From: Candidatus Velamenicoccus archaeovorus
GTDB lineage: Bacteria; Omnitrophota; Gorgyraeia; Velamenicoccales; Velamenicoccaceae
Length of the DNA: 32,000 nucleotides
Direction: 5' to 3'
Assembly (NCBI RefSeq): GCF_004102945.1
Contig: NZ_CP019384.1
Location: 660,001-692,000 of the forward strand
The translations under genes and the position numbers were made by a program. This document shows, piece by piece, positions 1 to 8,763 of this stretch; position 1 is the stretch's first letter; each line of letters starts with the position of its first letter. The notes below the pieces were generated by a model, which had not been told where the DNA came from, ran no database searches, and saw nothing but the letters and a program-made list of their open reading frames with translations.

Positions 1-1
1 T

Positions 2-3000
2 CTGGGGACTTCGTCCAGAATGAAGGCTTCGAATGACGCAGCGGTGTCCCTCGTGACGGGAACGATTGCGGTGACGGCGACATATCTGGAAATCGTCAAC
101 CAGTCCGATGATGCGACTTCCGGCACGGCGACAGCCGGGACAGCCAAAAACCTGCGGATCAGGGCAACGGACGCCAACAGGAATATCGACAAGGATCACT
201 CGGGTGTGTATAGCCTGGCTTTTTACGGTCTCTCGTCGGTTGCCGGCAATACCCCCAAGGTCAACACAAGCTATGAATTCGGCGTGCCGCAGAGCATCTT
301 ATTCGCCAGCGGCGTTTCACCTGTGACGGTGACACCCTATAAGTTGGAAACAGCTGATCTTTACGTTTCTGAAACAGGCTTGAGTTATTTTCCATATACA
401 GCGAGCGTGGCGGCGGCTTCGGCGTCTTCGGTAGAGTTGACGAGCGGCAATAGTCAGTCGGGCGTCATCAATAAGGCTCTGGCGGCTTTTGTCGTGACCG
501 CGCGCGACGCCTATACCAATGCGGCGTCCGGCGCAAACATCGCGTTTTCCATCTCAAGTTATCCGACGGGTGGCGGCGGATGTTCGCTCTCGGCGGCCTC
601 GGGCGTGACCAATAGCTCGGGCGAAGCCTCAACCATCCTGACTTTGGGTGCGGCCGCAGGCACCTACCAGGTGCAGGCGACCAACGCCGCGCTCTCAGGC
701 TCGCCTGTCACGTTTACCGCGACCGCCAGCGCGCCGACGGCTCTACAGAAGGTTTCAGGCGACAGCCAGACCAAGAATGTCGGCGAGACGGCTGATCCCT
801 TTGTCATCAAGCTTGTCAATGAATCCGGCGCGGGGATTTCCAACGAGACGGTCAACTTCACGATCCAATCCGCGCCGACAGGCGCTACAGGCCAGTCGCT
901 CTCGGCCGCTTCGGCCGTGACCAACAGCTCCGGCCAGGCTTCTGTGACGTTGACCCTGGGCAACAAGACCGGCAACTATGTCGTGCGCGCCAGCTACCAG
1001 GTTCTGGGAGGTGCGCTTCTGACAGCCGACTTTACGGTAGCGGCGCAACCGGCTGTGCCCTATAAGGTCATTTTGACGGGTCCGACCTCGGTCAATGCGG
1101 GTGCCGCCTCAAGCGCTTTCACAATCTCGATCAAAGACCAGAACGATAACCTGAGTCCGCTTTCGACAGGCCAAAGCATCCTGTTTAATTTGACGACAAC
1201 ACCGGCCTCCACAGGGACATTCTACAGCGACGCGGCATGCACAGCAGGCAATGAGATCACGACGGCAACCGTAACAGAAGGGGCGTCAACAGCGGTCTTT
1301 TACTACAAGCACACGGTGGTGGTCTCCGGCATCCAGGCGACCGTCACGACCACGAGTACCATCTTGAACGCCAGCTACCGCACGAGCTCGGTGACCTTCT
1401 CGGTCGTGCCGGCCTCCATGCATCACTTCGTTGTCTCGGCCTCGGATACCTCAGCCATGACCGCGGGCGGTTCCCGCGCCATCACCATCACTGCCTATGA
1501 TGCCTACGACAACCCGACGCAATACACCGGCTCCCTGGATATTATTTTCTCGGGTGCGGCAGCTTCACCGTCGCCTTCGACGGCCGCGGCAACCTGTTCC
1601 AATGCCTCCGGTACAGACATTGCTTTCGGCGCGGTGACATCTTTGGCATTCACCAACAGTGTTGCGACAACCACCTTCAAGGCCTACGGTGCCCAGACCG
1701 CCGTGATCAAGGCGACCTCGGGCAGTGTCGCGACGTCGGACGAGCAGGCCCTCAATCTCGTCGTGCGCCACAACGCGGCCGACCACATGAAGTTCCATGC
1801 GGCGCTCCCCACCCCGGTCGTGGCCGGCATCTCGTTTAACTTCGACACGACCTTGGACGTCGTCGACGTCTACGACAATATCTGCGACGGGGCCAACGGC
1901 GCCACCGCCTACACCGCCTCCAACCGCACGATCACCTACACCTTGAGCGGCACGGCCAACGGCCCCGAGTCGGGCGTGGATGAATACACGACCCTGGTCT
2001 CCTTCACCAACGGCCAGTCGACGACGGCGCCGCTGTCGGCGACGCTCTACCGCGCCCAGACGACGACGATCACGGCCTCCATGGCGGCCCTGACCGGCAC
2101 CAACGCGGCGTCCAACTCGCTCGTCGTCAACGCGGCCGTGGTCAACAAGCTCAGGTTTGCCCAGCAGCCGTCGATCACTGCGACCACCAATGTGGCGTTC
2201 GCGGCACAGCCGCAGATCGCGATCTCCGACCAGTACGGCAATGCCTGTTCGAGTGTCACAGGCCAGATCACCCTGCGCGCATCCACCACGACCGGAAGCT
2301 ACACAGCTCCTGCCAACGGTTCTCTGACCTCGACCTCCGGCTTGACCCTGACGACGACCAACGGCGTGGCTACGTTTGCCGGCGTCAAATATAGCTATCC
2401 CGAAGAGATTTATCTCGAGGCCCAGGCGTCTATTTCCGGCTACACGGTGGATACAATCTATTCCTTTAAGATCACCGTTGCGACCTTAGAAGAGATCACC
2501 GCGACGCAGGTGACAAGCGGCATCTCGGATACGGTTTCTTCCATTGCGAACTCTTCGGCGACAAAGGTGGCGGTCTTCGGCTTCAAAGCGACGGATGCCG
2601 GCGCCGACGGCTACGCCGGCGATATCAAAAAAGTCGTCGTGAATCGCGTGACAGCGTCGGATACAACAGGCGATTGGAGGGATTATATCTCGGCCGCTTA
2701 CTTGAGCGACGGGACGGTCAATATCCTAGGGACGGTCGCGGCCAATACGATTACCTTCGGTTCCGGCGACAGCACGGTCTTCTCGGTGCCCAACGGCTCG
2801 AATAAGACATATACCTTGAGCATCGTCGTCAAGTCCACTCTTCCTGAAGGCGCGGACGGTAAAATCTTCGCATTCAGCACAGACGTCAATGACGACGTGA
2901 CGATGAATGTGCCGGCGACTTCCCTGTTTGCCTCGGCGGCCGCGCTGACGCACAACGCCACCCTGGCGGTTGTGGCCACGAAGCTGAGGGTCAGGGGGTC

Positions 3001-5353
3001 CGCCGGCGAAACGTCCATCAACGTTAATGCGGGAGAAAGCGCCGTGATCACGATTGCGGCCACGGACACCAATAACAACGTCGACAAGGACTATCATCCC
3101 GATCAGGTCAAAAATATCGTCTTCAGCGGCGCCGAGACCTCCATTCTGGGCAATGTGCCGACAGCCACCGATCTGGGCGGCGGCCCGACGGAATTCGGGA
3201 CGCTGACACCTGTCCGTTTCGTCGGGGGTGTCAATACCTCGACTATCACGATGGTTCTTTATAAGGCGGAGACCGCCTATATTACAGCTACAGACGACAG
3301 CGATCCGGCCCTGACGACAACCGGCCAGGACCGCCTGGCCGTGATTGTGGCCGGCGGCTCGGCGGCTACCCTGGCTTGGAGCACCCAGCCGAAGACCAAG
3401 GCGGTAGCCAATGCGCCGTGGAAAGATTTTGTCGTGGCTGTTTCCGACGCTTACGGCAACACCGCTTCTTCCAATGTCGATGTCTCGGTGACGCCGACAG
3501 GCGGCACGACGGGTACGGGCGCGACATCGACGGTCACCGCCGTCGACGGCCTGGCGACCTTCTCGAATTATTACGTGACGTGCGCCGGCTACCCCGGTTA
3601 TGTGACGCTCGTGGCTTCGGCCTCGGGCGTGTCGAATTCCTCCGCCTGCAACACCGTCACGGTCGATGAGAAATATACCATTGTCGTCAACCTCAAGGAT
3701 TCCGTCAACGCGACCGATCTTTCGGAATTTACCTACAGCGTTACGAACGCCGGCACGGGCGTCACCCTTATCCCCGAGACCCCGACGAACAGCCCGTTCA
3801 CGCTCTCCGGCGAAGGGTCGCTCGGTTACGGCACCTATAATTTTACGTTCAGCAAAGACCTCTATGTGGAAACAACGGCCGAAAAAGAAATCGATTGCCT
3901 GGCTGACGGCTTGGACGGCACCTACGATAACGTCGTCAATATGACCGTCTATATGACTTCGATCGCCGAGTCCACGGCGGACTACCGCGTCATGCCCAGC
4001 TTCGTCTACGACGAAGACAATGAGGACTTGGCGATCCGCCTCTGGCTGGAGCGCAGGGGCAAGATCATCTACAATACCGCGCCGAACAAGCTGGGTTACG
4101 GCGCCAATACGGCAACGGTCCAGGTGTATGACGAAACGGGTCAAAAGTGGCTCAATACGGTTTCTTTGGATGCGCCCGATCCGGAGGATTTCACCAACGG
4201 AACGTATGTCAAGACCGTCACAGATGTTTTGGCGGCCACTAATGAATTCGGCCAGGTGCTTGTCGCAGGCAAGACGTATTTTGCCAAATGCACCATCCAT
4301 TACGGCGGGGCCGACGGGAGCTCCAATTCATATGAAGCCGGAACGACCTTCACCGTGACGATCACGCAAAAGCTGGCCCAGGAGATCATCAGCAAGCTGG
4401 GTCTGGCCGAAGGCGAGACCTTGAGCGGCAAGCTGACGGCGCTCAACACATCGATTGTGACGGTGGGGACGCAGGTCCAGACAGCCGAGTCCAACATCAA
4501 GACCCAGGTGGCGTCGTCGGAGTCGGCGGTAAAGACGAAGGTCGCGGAAGTTAAGAGTGAGACCGCCAGCATCCTGACGGCGGCGCAGACGACCATCCCG
4601 AGCAAGATCTCGACGGCCTCCACGGAGATCCAGTCGAAGGTCGAAACGGCCATGAAGTCTGCGATCCTCAACCATGAGACGACGGTGAAGCAGAACGATT
4701 CCATCGCCATCCAATATAGGACATACCCGGGCGTTTCGCCGACGATCGCCGTTTATGATCCCCAGGGTGCCCTCAAGGTCGCGGCAAACATGACGGAATA
4801 TTCCTCCGGTCTTTACGGCTACACCGTGACGTTCCCGGCGTCCTGGAAGCTGGGAGATTACGCCATTGTCTGTTCGGAGTCGACCTACGGCACGATCGAC
4901 GCCATCACCATTAGTTTAGGCACGGCGGATATCGAAAAGGTATCCAGCGATCTTGCAACGGTCATGGGCAGTGTTTCGCCGATCCAGGAGATCAAAGACA
5001 AGGTGGCGGCATTTTCCGCCGCGTTCAACGTCATCGAGCAGAATATCCAAAGGGCTTCTGAGGCCTTGGCAGCGGTCAAGGGCGATACAGATATGTCGGG
5101 CGCGACGAAACAACTGGAAGCCTTGCATAACAGCCTCAAGGACATGAGCGCCAAAGTCCATCAGATGAGCAATTCCACCGACATGAAGAACATCGAGAAG
5201 CTCTATCAAGTTTCCGAGGAAGGGTCGCAGAATATCACCTACATCCGCAACAAGACCCAGGAGCTCAAGGCCCTCATGCTCCTGAATCAGAAGATGATTG
5301 AGAATACGGCCAAAGAAGAACCCGTGGTGCAGACATGGCTTGAGTATTCATGA
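2..5353 (+). CDS. giant surface/adhesin-like protein, 5-prime partial (tandem bacterial Ig-like repeats, helical stalk, C-terminal coiled coil)
   Basis: ORF track 20..5353. The frame is open back to nt 2, there is no signal peptide and the sequence starts inside a repeat, so the gene continues upstream. Recurrent invasin/Big-like signatures: ATDANRNIDKD, ARDAYTN, IKDQNDN, AYDAYDNP, VVDVYDN, ISDQYGN, VSDAYGN, ATDTNNNVDKD. A Thr/Ser/Lys-rich helical segment (about 4360-4700) and an alpha-helical tail follow. Visibly GC-rich. Confidence 0.8.
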   Translation: MGTSSRMKASNDAAVSLVTGTIAVTATYLEIVNQSDDATSGTATAGTAKNLRIRATDANRNIDKDHSGVYSLAFYGLSSVAGNTPKVNTSYEFGVPQSILFASGVSPVTVTPYKLETADLYVSETGLSYFPYTASVAAASASSVELTSGNSQSGVINKALAAFVVTARDAYTNAASGANIAFSISSYPTGGGGCSLSAASGVTNSSGEASTILTLGAAAGTYQVQATNAALSGSPVTFTATASAPTALQKVSGDSQTKNVGETADPFVIKLVNESGAGISNETVNFTIQSAPTGATGQSLSAASAVTNSSGQASVTLTLGNKTGNYVVRASYQVLGGALLTADFTVAAQPAVPYKVILTGPTSVNAGAASSAFTISIKDQNDNLSPLSTGQSILFNLTTTPASTGTFYSDAACTAGNEITTATVTEGASTAVFYYKHTVVVSGIQATVTTTSTILNASYRTSSVTFSVVPASMHHFVVSASDTSAMTAGGSRAITITAYDAYDNPTQYTGSLDIIFSGAAASPSPSTAAATCSNASGTDIAFGAVTSLAFTNSVATTTFKAYGAQTAVIKATSGSVATSDEQALNLVVRHNAADHMKFHAALPTPVVAGISFNFDTTLDVVDVYDNICDGANGATAYTASNRTITYTLSGTANGPESGVDEYTTLVSFTNGQSTTAPLSATLYRAQTTTITASMAALTGTNAASNSLVVNAAVVNKLRFAQQPSITATTNVAFAAQPQIAISDQYGNACSSVTGQITLRASTTTGSYTAPANGSLTSTSGLTLTTTNGVATFAGVKYSYPEEIYLEAQASISGYTVDTIYSFKITVATLEEITATQVTSGISDTVSSIANSSATKVAVFGFKATDAGADGYAGDIKKVVVNRVTASDTTGDWRDYISAAYLSDGTVNILGTVAANTITFGSGDSTVFSVPNGSNKTYTLSIVVKSTLPEGADGKIFAFSTDVNDDVTMNVPATSLFASAAALTHNATLAVVATKLRVRGSAGETSINVNAGESAVITIAATDTNNNVDKDYHPDQVKNIVFSGAETSILGNVPTATDLGGGPTEFGTLTPVRFVGGVNTSTITMVLYKAETAYITATDDSDPALTTTGQDRLAVIVAGGSAATLAWSTQPKTKAVANAPWKDFVVAVSDAYGNTASSNVDVSVTPTGGTTGTGATSTVTAVDGLATFSNYYVTCAGYPGYVTLVASASGVSNSSACNTVTVDEKYTIVVNLKDSVNATDLSEFTYSVTNAGTGVTLIPETPTNSPFTLSGEGSLGYGTYNFTFSKDLYVETTAEKEIDCLADGLDGTYDNVVNMTVYMTSIAESTADYRVMPSFVYDEDNEDLAIRLWLERRGKIIYNTAPNKLGYGANTATVQVYDETGQKWLNTVSLDAPDPEDFTNGTYVKTVTDVLAATNEFGQVLVAGKTYFAKCTIHYGGADGSSNSYEAGTTFTVTITQKLAQEIISKLGLAEGETLSGKLTALNTSIVTVGTQVQTAESNIKTQVASSESAVKTKVAEVKSETASILTAAQTTIPSKISTASTEIQSKVETAMKSAILNHETTVKQNDSIAIQYRTYPGVSPTIAVYDPQGALKVAANMTEYSSGLYGYTVTFPASWKLGDYAIVCSESTYGTIDAITISLGTADIEKVSSDLATVMGSVSPIQEIKDKVAAFSAAFNVIEQNIQRASEALAAVKGDTDMSGATKQLEALHNSLKDMSAKVHQMSNSTDMKNIEKLYQVSEEGSQNITYIRNKTQELKALMLLNQKMIENTAKEEPVVQTWLEYS

Positions 5354-5414
5354 TAAACAAGAGGGCGGGGGGCTAAAAAAGACAGTGATCGATTGGTTGA
5401 CAATGACAGGAAGG

Positions 5415-6239
5415 ATGAAGATGCGCACATATAATATTCCAAAGATTTTATTTTTTGTTCTGTTTTCTATTTTTTGGCTCTTGTCTGCCGTTGCTGAAGC
5501 CAACATCGTCGTGCGGGCGACTGTCGTCAATCCTTCGCCGACAGAACGGCGGACAGTGCCCTTCAAATCCTATTTGCCCAAAGAGATCAAACCCGAAAAC
5601 ATTGTGGAGATGGGGGATTTGAATATCGCCTATGACACTAAGGAATCCGTCTACTATCTTTATAAGGATTACGACTTGGCGCCCCGGGAGTCCGTTTTGG
5701 TTGAAATAGAGTTGGAAGACGTCTGGAAGATCCCGCAGGACGAGCTTGCTTCTATCAGGTCGGAAGTGGACAAGGTGGTCAAGCTTTTACAGGACACGGA
5801 TTATGCCGATCGGGCCAACTACCTTCGGGAAAGCATTATGACGAAACTCGATGAGATCGAGCATAAGCAGGAGGTCGTGAATCCGAATCCGGGAGGCTAC
5901 ATCTCGGATTACCGGGATAATCTTAAGCTCTTGGATCAAGTCAAAGCCGATCTCCAAGCCGCCAAGACCCTGATGACCGAAGCCAAACAAATCTACCCGA
6001 TACTGACGTGGAAACTGATCATTGCCGTTGTCGCATTCTTGGGCGTCTTGGGGGTTGTTTTCTTCATCATCTGGTCTAAACAAATCAAAACTATTTCAAA
6101 CCTCACCGAGGACTATAAGTCCGAAAGAGAGAATTTCCAGCCGCCATTGGCAGAGGAGAGGCCCGAACACAGGCAGCCCGAAGAAGACAAGAAGCCTGAA
6201 ATTACCGATATCGAGCAGCGCGTTAAAGATAACCCATGA
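5415..6239 (+). CDS. membrane-anchored protein of unknown function (signal peptide, C-terminal TM helix, charged tail)
   Basis: ATG at 5415 (or 5421) is preceded by AGGAAGG. Signal-peptide-like KILFFVLFSIFWLLSAVAEA. Hydrophobic helix LIIAVVAFLGVLGVVFFIIW near the C-terminus, then a Glu/Pro/Lys-rich tail. The 5298 start in the ORF track overlaps the giant gene and has no RBS. Confidence 0.7.
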   Translation: MKMRTYNIPKILFFVLFSIFWLLSAVAEANIVVRATVVNPSPTERRTVPFKSYLPKEIKPENIVEMGDLNIAYDTKESVYYLYKDYDLAPRESVLVEIELEDVWKIPQDELASIRSEVDKVVKLLQDTDYADRANYLRESIMTKLDEIEHKQEVVNPNPGGYISDYRDNLKLLDQVKADLQAAKTLMTEAKQIYPILTWKLIIAVVAFLGVLGVVFFIIWSKQIKTISNLTEDYKSERENFQPPLAEERPEHRQPEEDKKPEITDIEQRVKDNP

Positions 6240-6313
6240 TTCCTCATATATAGTATTTTATGAGCCCCGCGATACCTCACGGCTTTCCCCCGACTAATTA
6301 GTTCTTCGGTTTT

Positions 6314-6462
6314 CCATCGGTTTGTCAAGAGCAATCCCGATTTTTTTAAAGGCAGGTCTCATGTGCGGAACTGCCACATTGTTTAGTCTCCGACAAAGGG
6401 ATAACGTGCGAATTTGCTCCAGAAAACCATGCTTCGTAGCATTATCGCACATAGACGGTTGA
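6314..6462 (+). pseudogene. decayed copy of the miaB 5-prime coding region (equivalent to miaB nt 29233-29370), starting exactly at the CC(A/T)TCGG junction motif
   Basis: Colinear short blocks shared with 29233-29368: ccNtcggNt(t)gtca, tcc(g)gatt, aa(a/g)ggc, gcggaa, (g/t)gc(t/c)ac, ccgaNaa(a/g)gg(c)gat, gtg, aatNNtg(t/c)tc, accatgc. Order is the same and small deletions accumulate (112 vs 129 nt span). Aligned by eye only. Confidence 0.3.
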
Positions 6463-6501
6463 GCCGATTCTTCGCAAAATATACCCAGATGGAAACTCGT
6501 G

Positions 6502-7095
6502 TTATACTTTCCCTGGTTCTTGAGATCCTGTTTTTTTGATATAGAGTTTTTTCATCCATCGGTCCAGGCACCACCGCGTGATGTTAAGATTTTTTGATGT
6601 TTTTTCAAGATGCCAATCGTTGCGCCTTAAGGCTTTGAAAATCAGTTCCTTGGCAACCTGGTATAAGGCCTTCCTTAAGTCAAGACCTTTAATTCTTATG
6701 TTGGTTATTTCGATATCATCAATGGCGTGCCTGATGTATTCCTTCACCTTATGGTAATCGCAGGGTTTTTCAAATACGGCATATGCTCCCAGCCGGATAA
6801 GTTCATCGCGGCTGTATTCATCGAGGTAGGCCGAGATAATGATCACGTGAATATCCGGGAATCCTTTTTTTATAAGCTGAAGGACCTCCGTTCCTGATAA
6901 TTTCGGCATCTTGATATCCAGGAGGATCAAGTCATAACATTTGTTTTTTCTGCTAAGACAAGAGATGACTTCGGAGCTATCCAGACAAATGTCTATTTCC
7001 AGATCAATCTCTGAATAGTGCTCAAGACAATGCTTGGTATCTTGGGCGAGAGTTTCATCGTCATCGACCACCAGAACTCCGTATTTAAGTTTCAT
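6502..7095 (-). CDS. response regulator, receiver domain + Fis-type HTH (no AAA+ domain)
   Basis: VLVVDDDE...DLILLDIKMPKLSG...IIISAY...VFEKP receiver motifs. C-terminal LIFKALRRNDWHLEKTSKNLNITRWCLDRWMKKL resembles a Fis/HTH_8 motif. ATG at 7095 is preceded by GGAGA. The track start at 7098 is a TTG. Confidence 0.8.
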   Translation of the reverse strand: MKLKYGVLVVDDDETLAQDTKHCLEHYSEIDLEIDICLDSSEVISCLSRKNKCYDLILLDIKMPKLSGTEVLQLIKKGFPDIHVIIISAYLDEYSRDELIRLGAYAVFEKPCDYHKVKEYIRHAIDDIEITNIRIKGLDLRKALYQVAKELIFKALRRNDWHLEKTSKNLNITRWCLDRWMKKLYIKKTGSQEPGKV

Positions 7096-7336
7096 CAAGG
7101 TTCTCCAGATTTTGATTAAAAAAATTGCTTTATCTTAAAGTGATACATAAAGTTATGCTCTATATCATCGCATCAAAGTATTTGTGGACAGCGCTTTTCT
7201 TTGACGGATATTTTATCATAACATATTCTCTAACAAGAGTTTAGCATATTTTTTGACCAATAGCAACCCTAAAAATCAAACAATTTAATGCTTAACATCT
7301 TGTAATCAAAAAGGTTATGTAAATTCAAATAAATAA

Positions 7337-7534
7337 ATGGTTAGATTGCATAATTACCTGATTTCGTTGGTCAGGGAGGGATTTTACGGTTCGGTTAAGA
7401 TAAGCTTTGAAGATGGATTGCCTGTATCCATAAGGGAGGAGAAATCCATAGACACGGCACCGTTTAAAGAGGAGATCAGGGAAGGCGTGAAGAAAGGTTT
7501 GATTAAAAAGAAAACATTCAATGAAAAAGCTTGA
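7337..7534 (+). CDS. small protein, possibly YezD/DUF2292-like
   Basis: 65 aa. FYGSVKISFEDGLPVSIREEKSID resembles the YGSV-I-V-D-V-I-EK core of YezD-family proteins. No clear SD. An overlapping antisense ORF (7325..7585) is the alternative. Confidence 0.35.
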   Translation: MVRLHNYLISLVREGFYGSVKISFEDGLPVSIREEKSIDTAPFKEEIREGVKKGLIKKKTFNEKA

Positions 7535-7558
7535 CAAGGCGGCATTATAATGTATATT
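7531..7558 (+). promoter_or_regulatory. sigma70-type promoter (TTGACA-N16-TATATT, TG immediately upstream of -10)
   Basis: TTGACA at 7531-7536 and TATATT at 7553-7558 with TG at 7551-7552. Predicted start is near 7565, about 50 nt before the hairpin at 7613. Confidence 0.45.
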
Positions 7559-7612
7559 AGATTTTAACAATTTGGTTTTCAGCAAGCAAACAGTCCTATT
7601 GGAAAAACCGAG

Positions 7613-7657
7613 GGGCTGGTTTCTGAGACGAGACTCAGGAGCCAGCCCTTTTTATTT
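7613..7657 (+). terminator. intrinsic terminator / attenuator hairpin
   Basis: 15-bp stem (7613-7627 pairs with 7634-7648, two G-U pairs), 6-nt loop ACGAGA, then TTTTTATTT. It sits only ~17 nt before the ATG at 7674. Confidence 0.65.
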
Positions 7658-7673
7658 GCCTTACGGATATCTC

Positions 7674-8084
7674 ATGGGAAAAAGTTATCATCATAACGAT
7701 GGATTTTATACAAAGATCAACAACGATCTTTTGGCCGCTCTTTACAAATGTCCGTTCAATGGAACCGAGCTTAGGCTGATTCTTGTTGTTATCCGCAGGA
7801 CCTATGGATGGAATAAGGCGAGTGCATTTATCAGCTACGGCTGTCTTGCAGATGAGCTGGGGGTTGACAAGCGTAGCATCCGCAGGTCAATGAAATTGCT
7901 CGTTCAAGACAAGGTCATTTTTAAAGAAAGCTCCTTTCGGACGAACCTGTTTTCCGTCAATAAGGATTATGCATCCTGGAGGTTATGGAAAAGTCCAGAT
8001 CCGAGGAACAAAAATGTCCCCCCCAACGGAGCAGATGAGGACAAGGCTGACCCTCAAAAGAGGGGCGAGGTTATCCTCACTTAA
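7674..8084 (+). CDS. replication protein O N-terminal-domain-like protein (phage/plasmid replication initiator family)
   Basis: GFYTKINNDLLAALYKCPFNGTELRLILVVIRRTYGWNKASAFISYGCLADELGVDKRSIRRSMKLLVQDKVI matches the pattern G-E-R-L-I-R-TYGW-K...IS...LA...G....I-R....L seen in phage_rep_O N-terminal domains. The track TTG start at 7572 would translate through the terminator hairpin. Confidence 0.6.
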   Translation: MGKSYHHNDGFYTKINNDLLAALYKCPFNGTELRLILVVIRRTYGWNKASAFISYGCLADELGVDKRSIRRSMKLLVQDKVIFKESSFRTNLFSVNKDYASWRLWKSPDPRNKNVPPNGADEDKADPQKRGEVILT

Positions 8085-8126
8085 AAGAAAGAAATAAAAA
8101 GATCTTTTAGTAGTAAAAAAAGGGCT

Positions 8127-8324
8127 GTGGATTCTGTGGAAAAGTCGACAAAGTCATACGACAAAAATTCAGTTTTTATTAAAGAAAGGTTTACCATCGG
8201 CAATGGTATTCCGCTGATCATATTTGGCGAGAGATTGTCGAAGGAACGTTTTGTTATTCTAACGATGAAAGATTTCTTTAGACTGACAAGGCTGTTGCTA
8301 AAAGGACAAAACAAAACGTCATGA
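8127..8324 (+). CDS. hypothetical small protein
   Basis: 65-aa ORF with a GTG start and a 4-nt overlap with the next ORF. No recognisable motif. Confidence 0.3.
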   Translation: MDSVEKSTKSYDKNSVFIKERFTIGNGIPLIIFGERLSKERFVILTMKDFFRLTRLLLKGQNKTS

Positions 8325-8512
8325 CAAATACCGACAATCCTCATATGGATAATAAGGACGAGGTTCTTGAGAAAAAGATCCGGCTGGATGATTCAGCATA
8401 TCGTTTTAAAAGAGTCCTTGAGATTCTACTTGAAGCCGATTTAAAGCGGTTGCAAAAATTATGCCAGGATGAAAAAGCCGAAACGTCAAGGAAATTAAAA
8501 AATATTACTTGA
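8321..8512 (+). CDS. hypothetical small helical protein
   Basis: 63-aa ORF with ATGA overlap to the upstream ORF. Charged helical composition. Confidence 0.35.
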   Translation: MTNTDNPHMDNKDEVLEKKIRLDDSAYRFKRVLEILLEADLKRLQKLCQDEKAETSRKLKNIT

Positions 8513-8537
8513 ATAACTTTGTATAATGATATATAAT
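8509..8537 (+). promoter_or_regulatory. candidate promoter of the HTH-recombinase 1 operon (TTGAAT-N17-TATAAT; also TTGTATAAT at 8519-8527)
   Basis: TTGAAT at 8509-8514 and TATAAT at 8532-8537. There is no SD before the ATG at 8546, so the mRNA may be leaderless. The word TTGTATAAT recurs before the second HTH-recombinase operon at 27341-27349. Confidence 0.35.
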
Positions 8538-8545
8538 CATTCACC

Positions 8546-8737
8546 ATGAGAAAGATAAAGGGACAAAAAGTATTTACGATAAAAGAGACGGCCGAAATTC
8601 TAGACGTCCATAGGATGACCATTTATCATTGGTTTAAAAAAGGCTGGGTTAAGGTGAAGCGTGATTATCGCAATTTTCCGGTATTTACGGAGAAAGATAT
8701 CGAGAATATCAAAAAATGGCGGAATACGCTGAGATAA
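8546..8737 (+). CDS. excisionase/MerR-type HTH protein (candidate recombination directionality factor or regulator)
   Basis: FTIKETAEILDVHRMTIYHWFKKGWVKVKRDYRNFPVFTEKDIENIKKW. Clear paralog of 27387..27593. It lies directly upstream of the recombinase. Confidence 0.75.
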   Translation: MRKIKGQKVFTIKETAEILDVHRMTIYHWFKKGWVKVKRDYRNFPVFTEKDIENIKKWRNTLR

Positions 8738-8763
8738 CCAGGCTAACCCGTGGGAATATTTAG

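Noticed and set aside
2726-4300. 524-aa minus-strand ORF, plus many other 60-140-aa ORFs on both strands within 1-5353
   Set aside because: All lie inside the giant GC-rich gene. Arg/Gly/Ala-rich low-complexity translations with no motifs are the usual stop-codon-poor antisense artefact of high-GC DNA.
5298-5414. Upstream start for the membrane protein, overlapping the giant gene by 56 nt
   Set aside because: There is no RBS, and the extension (MRIRPKKNPWCRHG...) precedes an obvious signal peptide that should be N-terminal. An SD-preceded ATG exists at 5415.
7572-7673. TTG start extending the RepO-like ORF by 34 codons
   Set aside because: The extension would translate through the 15-bp-stem terminator hairpin and adds no domain sequence. 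The replication-O-like domain begins right after the ATG at 7674.
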